Shown here piece by piece: positions 52,929 through 63,778 of a stretch of DNA of 64,000 nt. Both the position numbers and the translations under genes were made by a program. The notes under the pieces were generated by a model. That model worked only from the letters and a program-made list of their open reading frames with translations, was not told the origin of the DNA and searched no databases. Source of the stretch: Candidatus Uhrbacteria bacterium (lineage in GTDB: Bacteria > Patescibacteriota > Patescibacteriia > UBA9934 > GWF2-40-263); NCBI GenBank assembly GCA_016188495.1, contig JACPHU010000013.1:5498-69497 (forward strand), given 5' to 3'. Numbering within the stretch: the stretch's first letter is position 1; every line of letters begins with the position of its first letter.

Positions 52929-53723
52929 CTATACGGACAGATGAAATTGAACCACCAGGTATCCTACCCCAAAAGGTGCTTCATAAGAGAGAATTTCTGG
53001 ACGAATATGCTTGTGTTCAAAAATACCCAAAAGAATGAGTAACTGTTGGTAAAGACATTCTTCTGATTTTTGTACAAGTTCTTCAGGCATAGATAACAAG
53101 GACGCGATGGAATGTCCTTTGATCGCTTCAAGCAGCTTATCCGTATACTCTTGTCCTTCAGGACGAAATCCTAAGGGGGCATCAGAAGAAAGGCAGTGTG
53201 AAAGATCTCCTGAAGCAATGACCGCGATACGTTTGGTCGTATTTTCAAAAACTTCTTTGAGGACCGTGCCAAAACGGACATGATCTTTTCTAGAAAGTCT
53301 ACTGAAGGTAACGGGAACAACATGTATGCGAGGAAGATGTTGAGTCAGAAGATAGGTAGGAACGCCTGTTCCATAATCAAGAAAAACGTTTGAATCTAGG
53401 GTAAACGGAATTTGGTGTTCTTCCATGATTCGACCAATCGTGGTGGAGAGTTCCAGGTCCGTTTTAAGTGTTCTGTGAGTGGTGAGATCTCCAAAATCCT
53501 TCAAATCGATTTGATACTCGTCGTGAAGATTAAGCGAAAAAGCTTTTTCGTGTTGCGTTGCATGAGAAGAAAGGATCACGAGCGTATCAGGCGAAGAGGC
53601 ATACAACTCTTGGGCAAGGTGCGTCAGTGTTTGGACGGTTGTTTTTAATTTATCCGTATTTTCTTTTCCCACGCTAGGAATCAGTAAGGGTGTGTGTGGG
53701 GTAATGGCAGCAAAACAAATCAT
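52929..53723 (-). CDS. MEMO1/LigB-superfamily (class III extradiol dioxygenase-like) protein
   Basis: AITPHTPLLIPSVG matches the IAPHAGYxYCG region. VILSSHATQHE matches ILGPSHH. VIASGDLSHCLS matches SSDFCHWG. This is the same three-block arrangement as MEMO1. Confidence 0.55.
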   Translation of the reverse strand: MICFAAITPHTPLLIPSVGKENTDKLKTTVQTLTHLAQELYASSPDTLVILSSHATQHEKAFSLNLHDEYQIDLKDFGDLTTHRTLKTDLELSTTIGRIMEEHQIPFTLDSNVFLDYGTGVPTYLLTQHLPRIHVVPVTFSRLSRKDHVRFGTVLKEVFENTTKRIAVIASGDLSHCLSSDAPLGFRPEGQEYTDKLLEAIKGHSIASLLSMPEELVQKSEECLYQQLLILLGIFEHKHIRPEILSYEAPFGVGYLVVQFHLSV

Positions 53724-53726
53724 AGG

Positions 53727-55148
53727 TTAACGTGAAGCAATAATGATCTCTTGCGCATCATCTTGAGGTTCTGTTTCCAAAAGAAGAAGATCTCCCAAAG
53801 GATGCTCTAAGACGGCACGTTCTGTTGTCCAGACAACCTGACTCCAATCCCATCCAAAACTATTGAAGGTCAATTCATTGGCGATAGGATGCCTTACCCC
53901 CTCAGAGATGACAAAAATATCACGCGAACCTTGTGCGGCAATAAGGGTTCCATCTTGGAAACGAACAGGTTCTGCACGTTCAAATGCCTCCAACTCTTCT
54001 GGAGCTACAACGGTTATTGAGTCATGAGGGAAACGGTTTTTTAATATTTCACGTGAAAGAATCGGATATTTTTTTCCATCCTTCACCGAGAAGACTCCTC
54101 CTGTAGATTTGTCTTGAAGCAAGACTCCTGCAGGATTTGCAGAAGAAACAGTCAACGGTTCACCTTCTGTATAAGGAACCAGATCCTCCCATGTCACATC
54201 CGTGATTTCTTCTGAGGAAAATCCAAGAGACCTGAGAGCTTGCTGTGAGGCAAACCCCCGTCTTGTGTCGTCTACAATCAGATAGACGGTTCCTCCTGGA
54301 GATCGCAGTAGAGAATAATTTGGAAAGCTAATCGCAAGCCCTATCGGATATTTTTCAAGCGTAGAAGGACTCACAGAAATAACCGTTTCAGGATTGAACC
54401 TCGAATAAAACGCTGTACGCGAGGTAATCGGTCTGCGTGTATTGTGTTGAATCAACCAGATACCTCCCGTTTCTTTGTCTTGAAGAAGACTGCCTGTTAA
54501 ATAATCGTAGTTAAACCAGCGGTTCCAAATACGGGCGAAATTTTCATTTCCATGAAGATGGGGAGTGTAGGTATAAAGAGAAGCGGTCGCATTGTTAGCC
54601 GGAATAACCGTTGTTCCGTCGATGATAGACTCAATTCCTGGACCTATTCCTGTTTGGGTGTAACCTCTTGATTCGAGATCGGATAAATAAGAATCGCGAA
54701 TACGTTGTCCGGCATAATATAATTGATTTCCAAAACCTTTGTATTTTTGAATGATAGGATCTGATTTGGAACAGCTATCGCATACGGCATAGCCCATCGC
54801 CCAATCGAGTTGATTTTGGGTTGGATCAGGATCTTCGACCAGACTTTGTTCACGCTGAAGAAGAACCAAGAGGAAACGTGGACTTAATTCAAATGTCTGA
54901 GACACATCCCAAATGATTTTTGCGGCACTTTGTTCAATTCCGTCTTTGTCTGTTGTGCTATAAGAAGCGAGGCTTCCGCGAGTTAAAAAGCCTTGTATGT
55001 CCTCAAGTGACATACTCGAAACATCCAACATTTCTGTATCTGAAATAAGATATTCCGGATCCACAGCAAAATTTTCCATTGCGTAAGCTGTTGCCACGGG
55101 TTCTCCCGCAAAAATAAACAAAAAGAAAATAAAAAACAGTCGTTTCAT
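53727..55148 (-). CDS. Secreted hypothetical protein with internal repeats
   Basis: A signal peptide. There are two copies of an LLQDKxTGG[IV][WF]...[RK]xPI module. Confidence 0.5.
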   Translation of the reverse strand: MKRLFFIFFLFIFAGEPVATAYAMENFAVDPEYLISDTEMLDVSSMSLEDIQGFLTRGSLASYSTTDKDGIEQSAAKIIWDVSQTFELSPRFLLVLLQREQSLVEDPDPTQNQLDWAMGYAVCDSCSKSDPIIQKYKGFGNQLYYAGQRIRDSYLSDLESRGYTQTGIGPGIESIIDGTTVIPANNATASLYTYTPHLHGNENFARIWNRWFNYDYLTGSLLQDKETGGIWLIQHNTRRPITSRTAFYSRFNPETVISVSPSTLEKYPIGLAISFPNYSLLRSPGGTVYLIVDDTRRGFASQQALRSLGFSSEEITDVTWEDLVPYTEGEPLTVSSANPAGVLLQDKSTGGVFSVKDGKKYPILSREILKNRFPHDSITVVAPEELEAFERAEPVRFQDGTLIAAQGSRDIFVISEGVRHPIANELTFNSFGWDWSQVVWTTERAVLEHPLGDLLLLETEPQDDAQEIIIASR

Positions 55149-55199
55149 AGCAAGAAGATTATATCGCGATACAGCCTCTAGAGGAAGAAGTGGGTTTTT

Positions 55200-57863
55200 C
55201 TATTTTTCTTTCGTGTTCTTTTTTGTTTTTAATGTAATTTCATTGTCTTTGGTACCTATGACTACTTCCGTTTCCTCTTTAATTTCCCCAGAAACGATTT
55301 TCATGGAAAGGGGATCCAGGATCATAGATTGAATGACTCGTTTGAGAGGTCTGGCACCGTAAGATGGATCGTATCCACGAGCAGCAAGAAGTTTCTTTGC
55401 AGAGTCTGAAATTTTGAGAGTCATGTTGCGCTGGTGTTTGAGGCGTGCACTGACAAGATCGAGTTGAAGTTCAACGATCGCTTCGATTTGTGTTTCTTTA
55501 AGAGAATGGAACATGATGATGTCGTCAATACGGTTGAGAAATTCTGGGCGGAAGTGTTCTTTGAGCATTCCCATGACGTGTTCGCGTGTTTCGTCTTCTT
55601 CAGAGCGTTCCTGTTGTGTATCTTCAAAGCCCATTTCAGATTTGGTCTGGCCGCTATTGAGAATAAATTCAGATCCAATGTTGCTTGTCATGATGATGAT
55701 CGTATTTTTGAAATTCACCTTTCGGCCTTTCGCATCTGTCAGATGTCCATCATCAAGAATCTGAAGCAGAATATTGAAGGTGTCAGGATGAGCTTTTTCA
55801 ATTTCATCGAAAAGTAAAACTGAATAAGGCTTACGGCGGACCATTTCTGTCAGTTGACCTCCTTCATCATATCCAACGTATCCAGGCGGGGAACCGATGA
55901 TTTTGGAAACGGCATGTTTTTCCATGTATTCGGACATGTCTAATCGAATCAACGCAGACTCTTCATTAAACATGAACGTCGCCAGTGCGCGAGCAAGTTC
56001 TGTTTTTCCAACCCCTGTGGGTCCGAGGAAAATAAACGATCCGATAGGCCGTTTTTCTTCGCCAATACCGGCACGAGACCGACGCAGAGCGTTAGAAACG
56101 GCCGTGATTGCTTCCTCTTGACCCACGACTCGTTTGGAAAGCTCTGTTTCCATGCGGGCAAGTTTTTCCATTTCAGATTCCAGCATTTTGGAAACAGGAA
56201 TATGCGTCCATCGCGAGACCACCGTTGCGATGTCTTCTTCACCAACGACTTCTTTCAAGAGTCCTCGTTCTTTTTGAAGAGCAGATAATTCCTGTTCTGC
56301 TTTACGCAGTGCTTTTTCTTTTTCAGGAATACGGGCATAACGAATTTCTGCCACTTTTTCCAGATCTCCTCGGCGCTCCTCTACCTCAGCACTGGCACGA
56401 AGCTGGTCAACAAGCGATTTAATTTCCTGAATTTCGGTAATTTTTGTTTTTTCATTTTGCCAACGACCCTCGAGTCCTGTGGTTTGTTCGCGCAAATCAG
56501 CTATTTGTTTTTCAATTTCGGAAAGGCGCAGTTTGGATTCCTTATCATCTTCTTTTTGAAGCGCGCGCTGTTCGATTTCAAGGCGCATCAGGTCTCGTTT
56601 GAGAACATCTAACTCTTCTGGCATGGAATCGATCTGCATACGCAACATCGAACCAGCTTCATCAATGAGATCAACAGCCTTGTCAGGAAGATTTCGGTCA
56701 GTAATATAGCGATAGGATAGTTCAGAGGCGGCAACAATGGCCGGGTCTGAAATTCGAACGCCGTGGTGGACTTCATATTTTTCCTTGATTCCACGCAAAA
56801 TAGCAATCGTATCTTGAACAGAAGGTTCTTCTACAATCACCGGCTGGAATCGGCGTTCCAGTGCAGGATCTTTTTCAATATACTTTTGGTATTCTTTTAA
56901 GGTTGTGGCTCCCACGGCTCGCAAATCTCCACGCGCCAGTGCTGGCTTGAGCATATTTGAGGCGTCTAACGATCCACCTTCCGTTGTCCCTGTTCCCACA
57001 AGCGTGTGGAGCTCATCAATAAAAAGAATGACTCTTCCTTGAGAAGCTTCAATTTCTTTAATAACGGCTTTAAGACGGTCTTCGAATTCGCCGCGATACT
57101 TGGTTCCAGCCACCATCGAACCCACGTCCAATGCCACCACGGATTTATTCTTTAATAGTTCCGGAACATCTCCTGAAGCAATCCGCTGGGCGAGACCTTC
57201 GATAATAGCGGTTTTTCCTACACCAGCTTCTCCGATTAACACAGGATTATTTTTTGTTCGTCGCGAAAGAACTTGCATGACCCGTCGAATTTCTGTATCT
57301 CTGCCAATAATCGGATCGAGCTTTCCGTTACGAGCCTCTTGAGTAAGGTCTTTGCCGTATTTTTCTAGAGCTTGATAGCGAGTTTCTGGTTGTGCAGAAT
57401 CCACTCGCTGGGTTCCGCGAATTTCTTTCAAGGCACTCATGGCCGTTTCCTCGTTAAGCTCGTAGCCGGCTAAAAGACGGGCAATGGCTTTGTTTCCAAG
57501 AAGTCCAAGAAATAAATGCTCTGTGGAAATAAATTCATCAGAAAAGGCTTTTGATTTTTTTTCAGCCAACGTCAAGACATTTGCCATCTGCTGGCTCATG
57601 TAAATTTGTGCGAGCCCGCCCGGCGGTATCGCAGGACCAGGCGAAGAGGGAAGGGATTCAAGAATGGAATCAACTTCTCCGCGAAGACGCGCACGATGAG
57701 GAGTGATTTTATCCACGAGAGCTCCTACCACACCATCTTCTTGCTGCAAAAGCGCCATCAGAAGATGGATCGGCTCCAACGCGTGTTGGCCGTGTTCCAC
57801 AGCAATAGCATGAGCCATTTGCAAGGCTTCTTGTGATTTATGAGTAAAGTTATTTGGCATCAT
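55200..57863 (-). CDS. clpB: Chaperone ClpB
   Basis: A Clp N-domain, two AAA+ modules (GEAGVGKTA and GPTGVGKTE) and a long coiled-coil middle domain. 887 aa. Confidence 0.95.
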   Translation of the reverse strand: MMPNNFTHKSQEALQMAHAIAVEHGQHALEPIHLLMALLQQEDGVVGALVDKITPHRARLRGEVDSILESLPSSPGPAIPPGGLAQIYMSQQMANVLTLAEKKSKAFSDEFISTEHLFLGLLGNKAIARLLAGYELNEETAMSALKEIRGTQRVDSAQPETRYQALEKYGKDLTQEARNGKLDPIIGRDTEIRRVMQVLSRRTKNNPVLIGEAGVGKTAIIEGLAQRIASGDVPELLKNKSVVALDVGSMVAGTKYRGEFEDRLKAVIKEIEASQGRVILFIDELHTLVGTGTTEGGSLDASNMLKPALARGDLRAVGATTLKEYQKYIEKDPALERRFQPVIVEEPSVQDTIAILRGIKEKYEVHHGVRISDPAIVAASELSYRYITDRNLPDKAVDLIDEAGSMLRMQIDSMPEELDVLKRDLMRLEIEQRALQKEDDKESKLRLSEIEKQIADLREQTTGLEGRWQNEKTKITEIQEIKSLVDQLRASAEVEERRGDLEKVAEIRYARIPEKEKALRKAEQELSALQKERGLLKEVVGEEDIATVVSRWTHIPVSKMLESEMEKLARMETELSKRVVGQEEAITAVSNALRRSRAGIGEEKRPIGSFIFLGPTGVGKTELARALATFMFNEESALIRLDMSEYMEKHAVSKIIGSPPGYVGYDEGGQLTEMVRRKPYSVLLFDEIEKAHPDTFNILLQILDDGHLTDAKGRKVNFKNTIIIMTSNIGSEFILNSGQTKSEMGFEDTQQERSEEDETREHVMGMLKEHFRPEFLNRIDDIIMFHSLKETQIEAIVELQLDLVSARLKHQRNMTLKISDSAKKLLAARGYDPSYGARPLKRVIQSMILDPLSMKIVSGEIKEETEVVIGTKDNEITLKTKKNTKEK

Positions 57864-57872
57864 AAATAGAAA

Positions 57873-57899
57873 TTAGCACTCTTAAGTGTAGAGTGCTAA
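57873..57899. promoter_or_regulatory. CIRCE operator (HrcA binding site) immediately upstream of clpB
   Basis: TTAGCACTC-N9-GAGTGCTAA is an exact match to the CIRCE consensus. It sits inside an 18-bp perfect inverted repeat (57864-57881 and 57891-57908). The left arm abuts the clpB ATG at 57863. Confidence 0.85.
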
Positions 57900-57913
57900 T
57901 TTCTATTTGTCAA
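57885..57913 (-). promoter_or_regulatory. Sigma70-like promoter overlapping CIRCE
   Basis: On the minus strand, TTGACA (57913-57908), a 17-nt spacer, then TACACT (57890-57885), which lies within the CIRCE spacer. Confidence 0.45.
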
Positions 57914-57966
57914 CCTGTGGAAAACTTCATTTTTTGCTATAATACGTTCTAATTATTGGCTATTTT

Positions 57967-58779
57967 ATGATCCATGAGTTATTTGGGGTAAAGGTTGATG
58001 ATCTTTCCTTTGCGGACCTGCAGGCTTTGTTCCAGTCATGGATTCAGTCTGATTCAGGTCATATTATCGTGACACCTAACGCAGAATTTCTTCTGATTGC
58101 CAGAAAAGACAGTGATTTTAAACGTCTTTTAAATAAAAGCGATCTTGCGTTAGCGGATTCTGTGAGTCTGCGTTATGCCGTCGCTGCTCTTACGCCTCGT
58201 AATCTTCTGTACCGATATCCGGGAGTAGATGTATTAGATTACCTGTGTCATTTATCCCAAAAAGAAAACGTTCGAACATTGTTTGTCGGAGGCAATCCCG
58301 GGGCTGCGCTTGGTGCTGCTGTAAAGATGAGGGAGCGTTTTCCCGATCTAGATGTTCAAGCGATTGACCCCGGCATTATTCCATTGAGAGAGAAAGACGT
58401 TTTGGTTCCTCAAGAGTTTATTGAACAAATAAACGTTCTGAAGCCTACGATCGTTGCAGTAGGACTTGGACAAGTAAAGCAAGAGCGTTTCATGTTTCAG
58501 CTTAAAGAGCTGTGTCCTTCCGTACGCATTTGGATTGGTGTAGGTGGAGCCTTTGAAATGATTTCTTCCCAAAAGCCGCGTGCTCCAAAGTATGTTTCTC
58601 AAGTAGGTTTTGAATGGTTATGGCGGCTTTTCATTGAGCCAAAACGTTGGCGCCGTATCATGAACGCCGTTGTTGTCTTTCCAAGTCTTGTTGTCTACAG
58701 TACCCTACGGTCAGGAACTTTTATTCAGGCCTTTTTACGTGTCTTTTCAGAAATATGGAAACAAATTCGTCAGGTATGA
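57967..58779 (+). CDS. WecB/TagA/CpsF-family (GT26) glycosyltransferase
   Basis: IIVTPNAEFLLIARKD, ADSVSL and the C-terminal EWLWRL motif of the TagA/WecG family. Confidence 0.8.
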   Translation: MIHELFGVKVDDLSFADLQALFQSWIQSDSGHIIVTPNAEFLLIARKDSDFKRLLNKSDLALADSVSLRYAVAALTPRNLLYRYPGVDVLDYLCHLSQKENVRTLFVGGNPGAALGAAVKMRERFPDLDVQAIDPGIIPLREKDVLVPQEFIEQINVLKPTIVAVGLGQVKQERFMFQLKELCPSVRIWIGVGGAFEMISSQKPRAPKYVSQVGFEWLWRLFIEPKRWRRIMNAVVVFPSLVVYSTLRSGTFIQAFLRVFSEIWKQIRQV

Positions 58780-60242
58780 CTATTAAAACTCGTTTCGCCC
58801 CTTCACCAACCGGTTATCTTCATGTCGGATCTCTCCGAACAGCTTTATATAGCTATTTGTTTGCCAAAAAACACAACGGTGTTTTTCTTATTCGGATTGA
58901 AGACACAGATCGCGAACGTTATGTTGAAGGCTCTGTTGAAGCCCTTATTCATGTTCTTAATAAGGTCGGGTTAACTTATGATGAAGGTCCTGTTTTACAA
59001 GATGGACACTTAACTGAAAAAGGGGATTACGGACCTTATACTCAATCAAAACGTTTGGAGATTTATCAACAATATGCCCAGCAACTTTTAGAACAAGGCA
59101 GTGCGTATCGTTGTTTTTGTTCAAAGGAACGTTTAGAAAAATTGCGTTCTGATCAGCAGCTTGCCAAACTTCCTACAAAATACGATCGAACCTGTGTTGG
59201 ATTAGACTCAAAAGAAATTCAAACTCGTCTAGACAAGCAAGAACCCTTCGTCATTCGTTTGATGATTCCAGAAGGGGAGACTACGTTTAAAGACGAAATT
59301 CGTGGAATGATTACGATTCAAAATAGTGAAATAGACGATCAGGTTCTTTTAAAAACGGATGGATTTCCAACCTATCATCTAGCTGTTGTGATTGATGACC
59401 ATCTCATGGGAATTACTCATGTTATTCGTGCCGAAGAATGGATTTCTAGCGCTCCAAAACATGTTTTGCTTTATAAGCTTTTTGGATTTCCTTTGCCGTC
59501 TTTCGCCCATCTTCCTCTTATTTTAAATCCGGATAAATCAAAACTTTCAAAACGACAGGGAGATGTAGCGGTTGAGGATTATCTTAAAAAAGGCTATCTC
59601 CCAGAAGCCCTCATTAATTTTGTGGCTCTTTTGGGATTTAACCCTTCGGGAGACAGAGAAATTTATCGCATGGCTGAATTGATTGACTCTTTTGATTTGA
59701 CTCGTGTGAATAAAAGCGGAGCCGTTTTTGATCTTACGAAGTTGAATTGGATGAATAAGCAATATATCCGTTCGATAGAACCAAAAAGACTCATGGATCT
59801 TGCCGCACCGTTTTTTGATGAAACGCTGAATTTTTCTCTTGATCAAAAAGAAAGAATTCTTGAAGTAGAAAAAGAGCGTCTGACAACATTGCAAGATCTT
59901 TCTCCACAGACGCACGTTTACCATACCATTCCTGAATTTGATAAAGAATTACTTATTTGGAAAAAAGCAGATCAACAAGATGCCCTTCATCATTTACAAC
60001 AACTGGAAATGACGTTTCGCAATGCCGATGAACACATTTTTACTGACCGGGCATTGATCGAAGACCTCATAAAGAAGTATATTGAAGTAAACCAATATCA
60101 GAACGGAAACGTGCTGTGGCCATTGCGGGTCGCCTTATCAGGTCAAGCACAATCAGCAGGACCATTTGAATTAGTCTGGGTTCTAGGAAAGAAAGAATCG
60201 ATGAAACGCGTTCAACAAGCGATCGAAAAAATACTCTCATGA
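58776..60242 (+). CDS. gltX: Glutamate--tRNA ligase
   Basis: RFAPSPTGYLHVGSLRTAL (the HIGH region), a KLSKR-type KMSKS motif and a class I anticodon-binding C-terminus. The start was trimmed to ATG 58776, overlapping the upstream stop by 4 nt. Confidence 0.9.
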   Translation: MTIKTRFAPSPTGYLHVGSLRTALYSYLFAKKHNGVFLIRIEDTDRERYVEGSVEALIHVLNKVGLTYDEGPVLQDGHLTEKGDYGPYTQSKRLEIYQQYAQQLLEQGSAYRCFCSKERLEKLRSDQQLAKLPTKYDRTCVGLDSKEIQTRLDKQEPFVIRLMIPEGETTFKDEIRGMITIQNSEIDDQVLLKTDGFPTYHLAVVIDDHLMGITHVIRAEEWISSAPKHVLLYKLFGFPLPSFAHLPLILNPDKSKLSKRQGDVAVEDYLKKGYLPEALINFVALLGFNPSGDREIYRMAELIDSFDLTRVNKSGAVFDLTKLNWMNKQYIRSIEPKRLMDLAAPFFDETLNFSLDQKERILEVEKERLTTLQDLSPQTHVYHTIPEFDKELLIWKKADQQDALHHLQQLEMTFRNADEHIFTDRALIEDLIKKYIEVNQYQNGNVLWPLRVALSGQAQSAGPFELVWVLGKKESMKRVQQAIEKILS

Positions 60243-61438
60243 AATATTTAAGATTTTTTACAGGGATTTTCATTCTTTCCGTTCTCTTGTTTGGAGGGAT
60301 GAATTTTGTTTTGGCACAGACAAGCGTTTCAGATGATATTAATGTTCTTAATCAAGAAATTGAGTTTAAGCAGCGTTCTATCGATCAGTTAAATCGTCAG
60401 ATTGAAGAATATCGAAAAAAAATAGAACAGAAACAAGCGCAATCGAGTTCGTTGCTTAATGAAATTGATCTCATTGAAAACCGCATTGCCAAAACCAAAC
60501 TTGATATTGAATCCGCGCAATCTCAAATTGATTTAGTGAATACTCAAATTGCTCTTATCGAGCGTGAAATTCATGAACTAGAACAAACGCTTGAAAAAGA
60601 CCGAGAATTAATTTCTACCATCCTTCTAGAAGTTCAGATTCAGGATCATTCTCTTCCATTCCAGCTTCTGTTTAGTACAGATTCTTTTTCAGAATTTTTT
60701 GATGATCTAGAGCATCTTGAGTCTTTAAGTACGGATTTAAAAAAAGCGGTTGATACGGCTCGTTCTTCAAAAGAAGAATATCTTAATAAAAGAGAAAATG
60801 AACAGGGGAAAAAAGATCAGCTTGTTTCCTTAAGCCTGTTACTAGAAAAAGAACAACGGCACCTTAATGAAGTCGTTGGGGCAAAAGAAACACTTTTAAG
60901 TACAACCCAAGCTTCAGAATCTGCGTTTAAGGCACTGTTGAGTGATGTAAAACAAGAGCAGACGTATGTAAATCAGCAAATTGCCATTCTTCAAGATGAA
61001 ATAGAAGGCAAGTTAAACGAACATGATTCAATAGGGGATAGCTCTGTGCTTTCTTGGCCATTGGATCCAACAGTAAGAGGTATTTCAACGTATTTTCATG
61101 ATCCAACGTATCCATTTAGAAATTTATTTGAGCATTCAGGTCTTGATCTTCCAGCACCTACAGGAACACCTGTAGGTTCAGCGGCACCAGGATATGTTGC
61201 GTGGACAAAAGTAGGGAGTTTATATGGAAATTACGTCATGGTAATTCATTCCAACGGTTTTGCGACACTTTACGCCCATCTTTCACGCATTGATGTGGTT
61301 CCGGATCAGTTTGTTGCACGTGGGGATCAAATAGGGGCCGTGGGCAGTACGGGATTTTCAACAGGGCCTCACCTTCATTTTGAAGTTCGAAAAAATGGTA
61401 TCCCAACAGATCCGATTACTCATCTCATATCATATTAG
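60239..61438 (+). CDS. M23-family metallopeptidase with an N-terminal coiled coil (EnvC-like)
   Basis: A signal or anchor sequence, long coiled coils, and the C-terminal LytM motifs HxxxD and HLHFE (GPHLHFEVRKNG). Confidence 0.8.
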   Translation: MKYLRFFTGIFILSVLLFGGMNFVLAQTSVSDDINVLNQEIEFKQRSIDQLNRQIEEYRKKIEQKQAQSSSLLNEIDLIENRIAKTKLDIESAQSQIDLVNTQIALIEREIHELEQTLEKDRELISTILLEVQIQDHSLPFQLLFSTDSFSEFFDDLEHLESLSTDLKKAVDTARSSKEEYLNKRENEQGKKDQLVSLSLLLEKEQRHLNEVVGAKETLLSTTQASESAFKALLSDVKQEQTYVNQQIAILQDEIEGKLNEHDSIGDSSVLSWPLDPTVRGISTYFHDPTYPFRNLFEHSGLDLPAPTGTPVGSAAPGYVAWTKVGSLYGNYVMVIHSNGFATLYAHLSRIDVVPDQFVARGDQIGAVGSTGFSTGPHLHFEVRKNGIPTDPITHLISY

Positions 61439-61441
61439 CGT

Positions 61442-61645
61442 ATGACGCTTGTTCTCATATTAAAAATTTTTGGTTGGTTCTTTACTCTTGTTCCGCTCGT
61501 AACTTTTTTTGCGATCAGTATTACCATGATTAAAGGAGCTGGAGAAGATGATCCATCAGTTCAATCATTGTCATTGATTGGATTAACGATTTTCCTTATG
61601 GGGATCATAACACTGCTCATTACGTATCTTACCGATCTGTTCTAA
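61442..61645 (+). CDS. Small two-TM membrane protein, hypothetical
   Basis: A 67-aa ORF with two hydrophobic helices, translationally adjacent to the M23 peptidase gene. Confidence 0.4.
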   Translation: MTLVLILKIFGWFFTLVPLVTFFAISITMIKGAGEDDPSVQSLSLIGLTIFLMGIITLLITYLTDLF

Positions 61646-61798
61646 AGTAAAGATTATTAGTAGAACAAAAAAGAGGGTGTTGTAGTATAGTGTGGGGAAG
61701 AATAAAGCAATCTGTTGTGTCGTACAATATACCTTATACGACATTAGGCTTATAAACCTCTTTAAAAACTAGTACGTTTGTAGCGTTGGGTTGAAGTC

Positions 61799-62632
61799 CT
61801 ATTTAAAATAAACCCTATCCCCAAAACGTAGATCGATGTATTCTAGACGATCAAGATTGGCTGCTTGGTCATCTAGAATGATTTCAAGGTTACGATATTG
61901 AGTTTCAATATTACCTCCAGTGTCAAAGAGGATTCCAAATCCATTCGTTGTGACCACCTGCATCCACTTCCCTGCCAGACGATCAATTTCAATGTGTGTA
62001 TAGGTGAGGCTTCTTTTTGCAAGAAATTCCAAAAAAAGGAAGGTATGAGTAATCTCTTCTGTTTTGAGTACTTGAGAACCAATAGTAACGGAAGCATTAT
62101 TTTTATCTTTAAAATGAGGGAGGTCTTCTGATGGAAGCGTACTCTCTTTTTCTTGTTCACGAACAATAATCCCCTCAAGATCTACGACGTAGCTCTTCCC
62201 TGCTGTTTCCCAAATGAGATTGGAAGTTCTCTCTTCTAATAAAAGTGTGAGTGTTTTTTTGTTTACATTTATGGAGATCGAGGCAAGAGAAAACTGTTTC
62301 ATGATCAAATTTTCTAAATCTTCTGTTGAAAAAAGAAACGTATTTGAAGTGGAGAAAAAGAAAAAAACAGGTGTTTGTAGATATTCAGTAATGGTTTTTT
62401 CTAAATTTGTTCTATCGACATATTCTATTCCCTGTATTTCAACTCTATTAATTAAAAAAGTGTTGCTTCTCAAAAAGTAGAGGCTCATTCCTCCTATGAA
62501 CGAGATGCAGGAAACAACGATCAAAATTGATTTCCAAGGAAGAGACCTTTTCTCCTGTAAATGAGGGTTCTTATAGTTTCGAGAACGATACGTCCTTTGT
62601 TGAGTTTTTTTAAAAAAATCTCTTCGAGACAT
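61799..62632 (-). CDS. ftsQ: Cell division protein FtsQ/DivIB-like (POTRA domain)
   Basis: A basic N-terminus, one TM helix, the POTRA start INRVEIQG and the C-terminal ...IDLRFGDRVYFK. Confidence 0.65.
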   Translation of the reverse strand: MSRRDFFKKTQQRTYRSRNYKNPHLQEKRSLPWKSILIVVSCISFIGGMSLYFLRSNTFLINRVEIQGIEYVDRTNLEKTITEYLQTPVFFFFSTSNTFLFSTEDLENLIMKQFSLASISINVNKKTLTLLLEERTSNLIWETAGKSYVVDLEGIIVREQEKESTLPSEDLPHFKDKNNASVTIGSQVLKTEEITHTFLFLEFLAKRSLTYTHIEIDRLAGKWMQVVTTNGFGILFDTGGNIETQYRNLEIILDDQAANLDRLEYIDLRFGDRVYFK

Positions 62633-62635
62633 ACG

Positions 62636-63778
62636 TTAAGCAATAACGATTCTGGGTAAAAGAGGATTAATACGCGTGACAACTTCATAGGAAATCGTCT
62701 CTATTTTAGCAGCAATATCATCAGAAGAAATCTTTTGCCGTCCATCTGTCCCTAATAAGATGACCTCCTCTTCTTTTTCTGGTTGTGGAACCTGTGACAC
62801 ATCCACCATCATCATGTTCATGCAGATACGACCAAGAACTTTACAACGATATCCTTTTATCAGTACTTCTCCTATAGAAGAGAGCGCACGATCGTATCCA
62901 TCCCAATACCCAATAGGAAGAACGGCAACACGACCATTTCGTTTCATTGTTTCCGTAAGCCCGTAACCTATGGGGGTGCCCATGCGCAATGATTTGATTT
63001 GAGCTATTCGTGTTTTCCAGGTAAGGACGGGTTGCAAGTCGCAAGAAAAACCTTGGTTTCTTACCGTGTGTTCAACCAGTTCAGAAGGCCATATTCCATA
63101 GAGAGAAATCCCTGCTCGGACCAAAGTTTGATGTGTTTGCGGGTAAAGAATCATTGCTGCTGAACACGCGCAGTGTCTCCAGACAGGATCGATTCCATAG
63201 CGCTCTAATTGCGAAATACTTTCTTGAAAGAGAGCAAATTGGGAACCGGCGTACTCTGGATCGGATGTATCTTCAATATTAGCAAAGTGTGTTGAAACTC
63301 CCATGACTTTTACCGCTTCTGATCGTTGAAGAATTCGGATGATATCTTCTAAATCTTCTACAAGGATTCCTTGACGAGAAGTACCTGTTTCTATTTTAAG
63401 ATGTATAGGAAATGGTCGTGCCGAAGCTTTTCCTATGCACTGAGCTTGTTCAATCCCCTCTTTGTCATAGAGCGTTAAGTGGATATTGGCCCTGAGAGCG
63501 TCTTTAAACCTATCAAAGAGCGTGTAACCCAAAACAAGAATCAAAGCGCTTGGAAAATATTCTCGAAGCGTCAGCGCATCATCAATGTCGTCAACGGCAA
63601 AAGCATCGACACCTGAACGGGATGCAATTTGGGTTATTTCTTTTAATCCGTGTCCGTAAGCATTTCCTTTTACTACCGCACAAAAACGAGCGTTGGAATC
63701 AAGCAATGTATTGAGTGACTTAATATTGTTCGTTAAAGCTCGTTCACTGAGTTCGACCCATGTTCGATAGCGTTGCAT
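62636..63778 (-). CDS. alr: Alanine racemase
   Basis: The PLP-lysine motif AVVKGNAYGHG and the C-terminal beta-domain. Confidence 0.9.
   Translation of the reverse strand: MQRYRTWVELSERALTNNIKSLNTLLDSNARFCAVVKGNAYGHGLKEITQIASRSGVDAFAVDDIDDALTLREYFPSALILVLGYTLFDRFKDALRANIHLTLYDKEGIEQAQCIGKASARPFPIHLKIETGTSRQGILVEDLEDIIRILQRSEAVKVMGVSTHFANIEDTSDPEYAGSQFALFQESISQLERYGIDPVWRHCACSAAMILYPQTHQTLVRAGISLYGIWPSELVEHTVRNQGFSCDLQPVLTWKTRIAQIKSLRMGTPIGYGLTETMKRNGRVAVLPIGYWDGYDRALSSIGEVLIKGYRCKVLGRICMNMMMVDVSQVPQPEKEEEVILLGTDGRQKISSDDIAAKIETISYEVVTRINPLLPRIVIA

Noticed and set aside
52929-53723. Memo/LigB-like protein as part of an AmmeMemoRadiSam system with the radical-SAM genes
   Set aside because: The radical-SAM genes are 50 kb away and there is no AMMECR1 homolog in the window. 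The neighbours are priA and a secreted repeat protein.
55434-56422. Several 80-130-aa plus-strand ORFs
   Set aside because: They are antisense to clpB.
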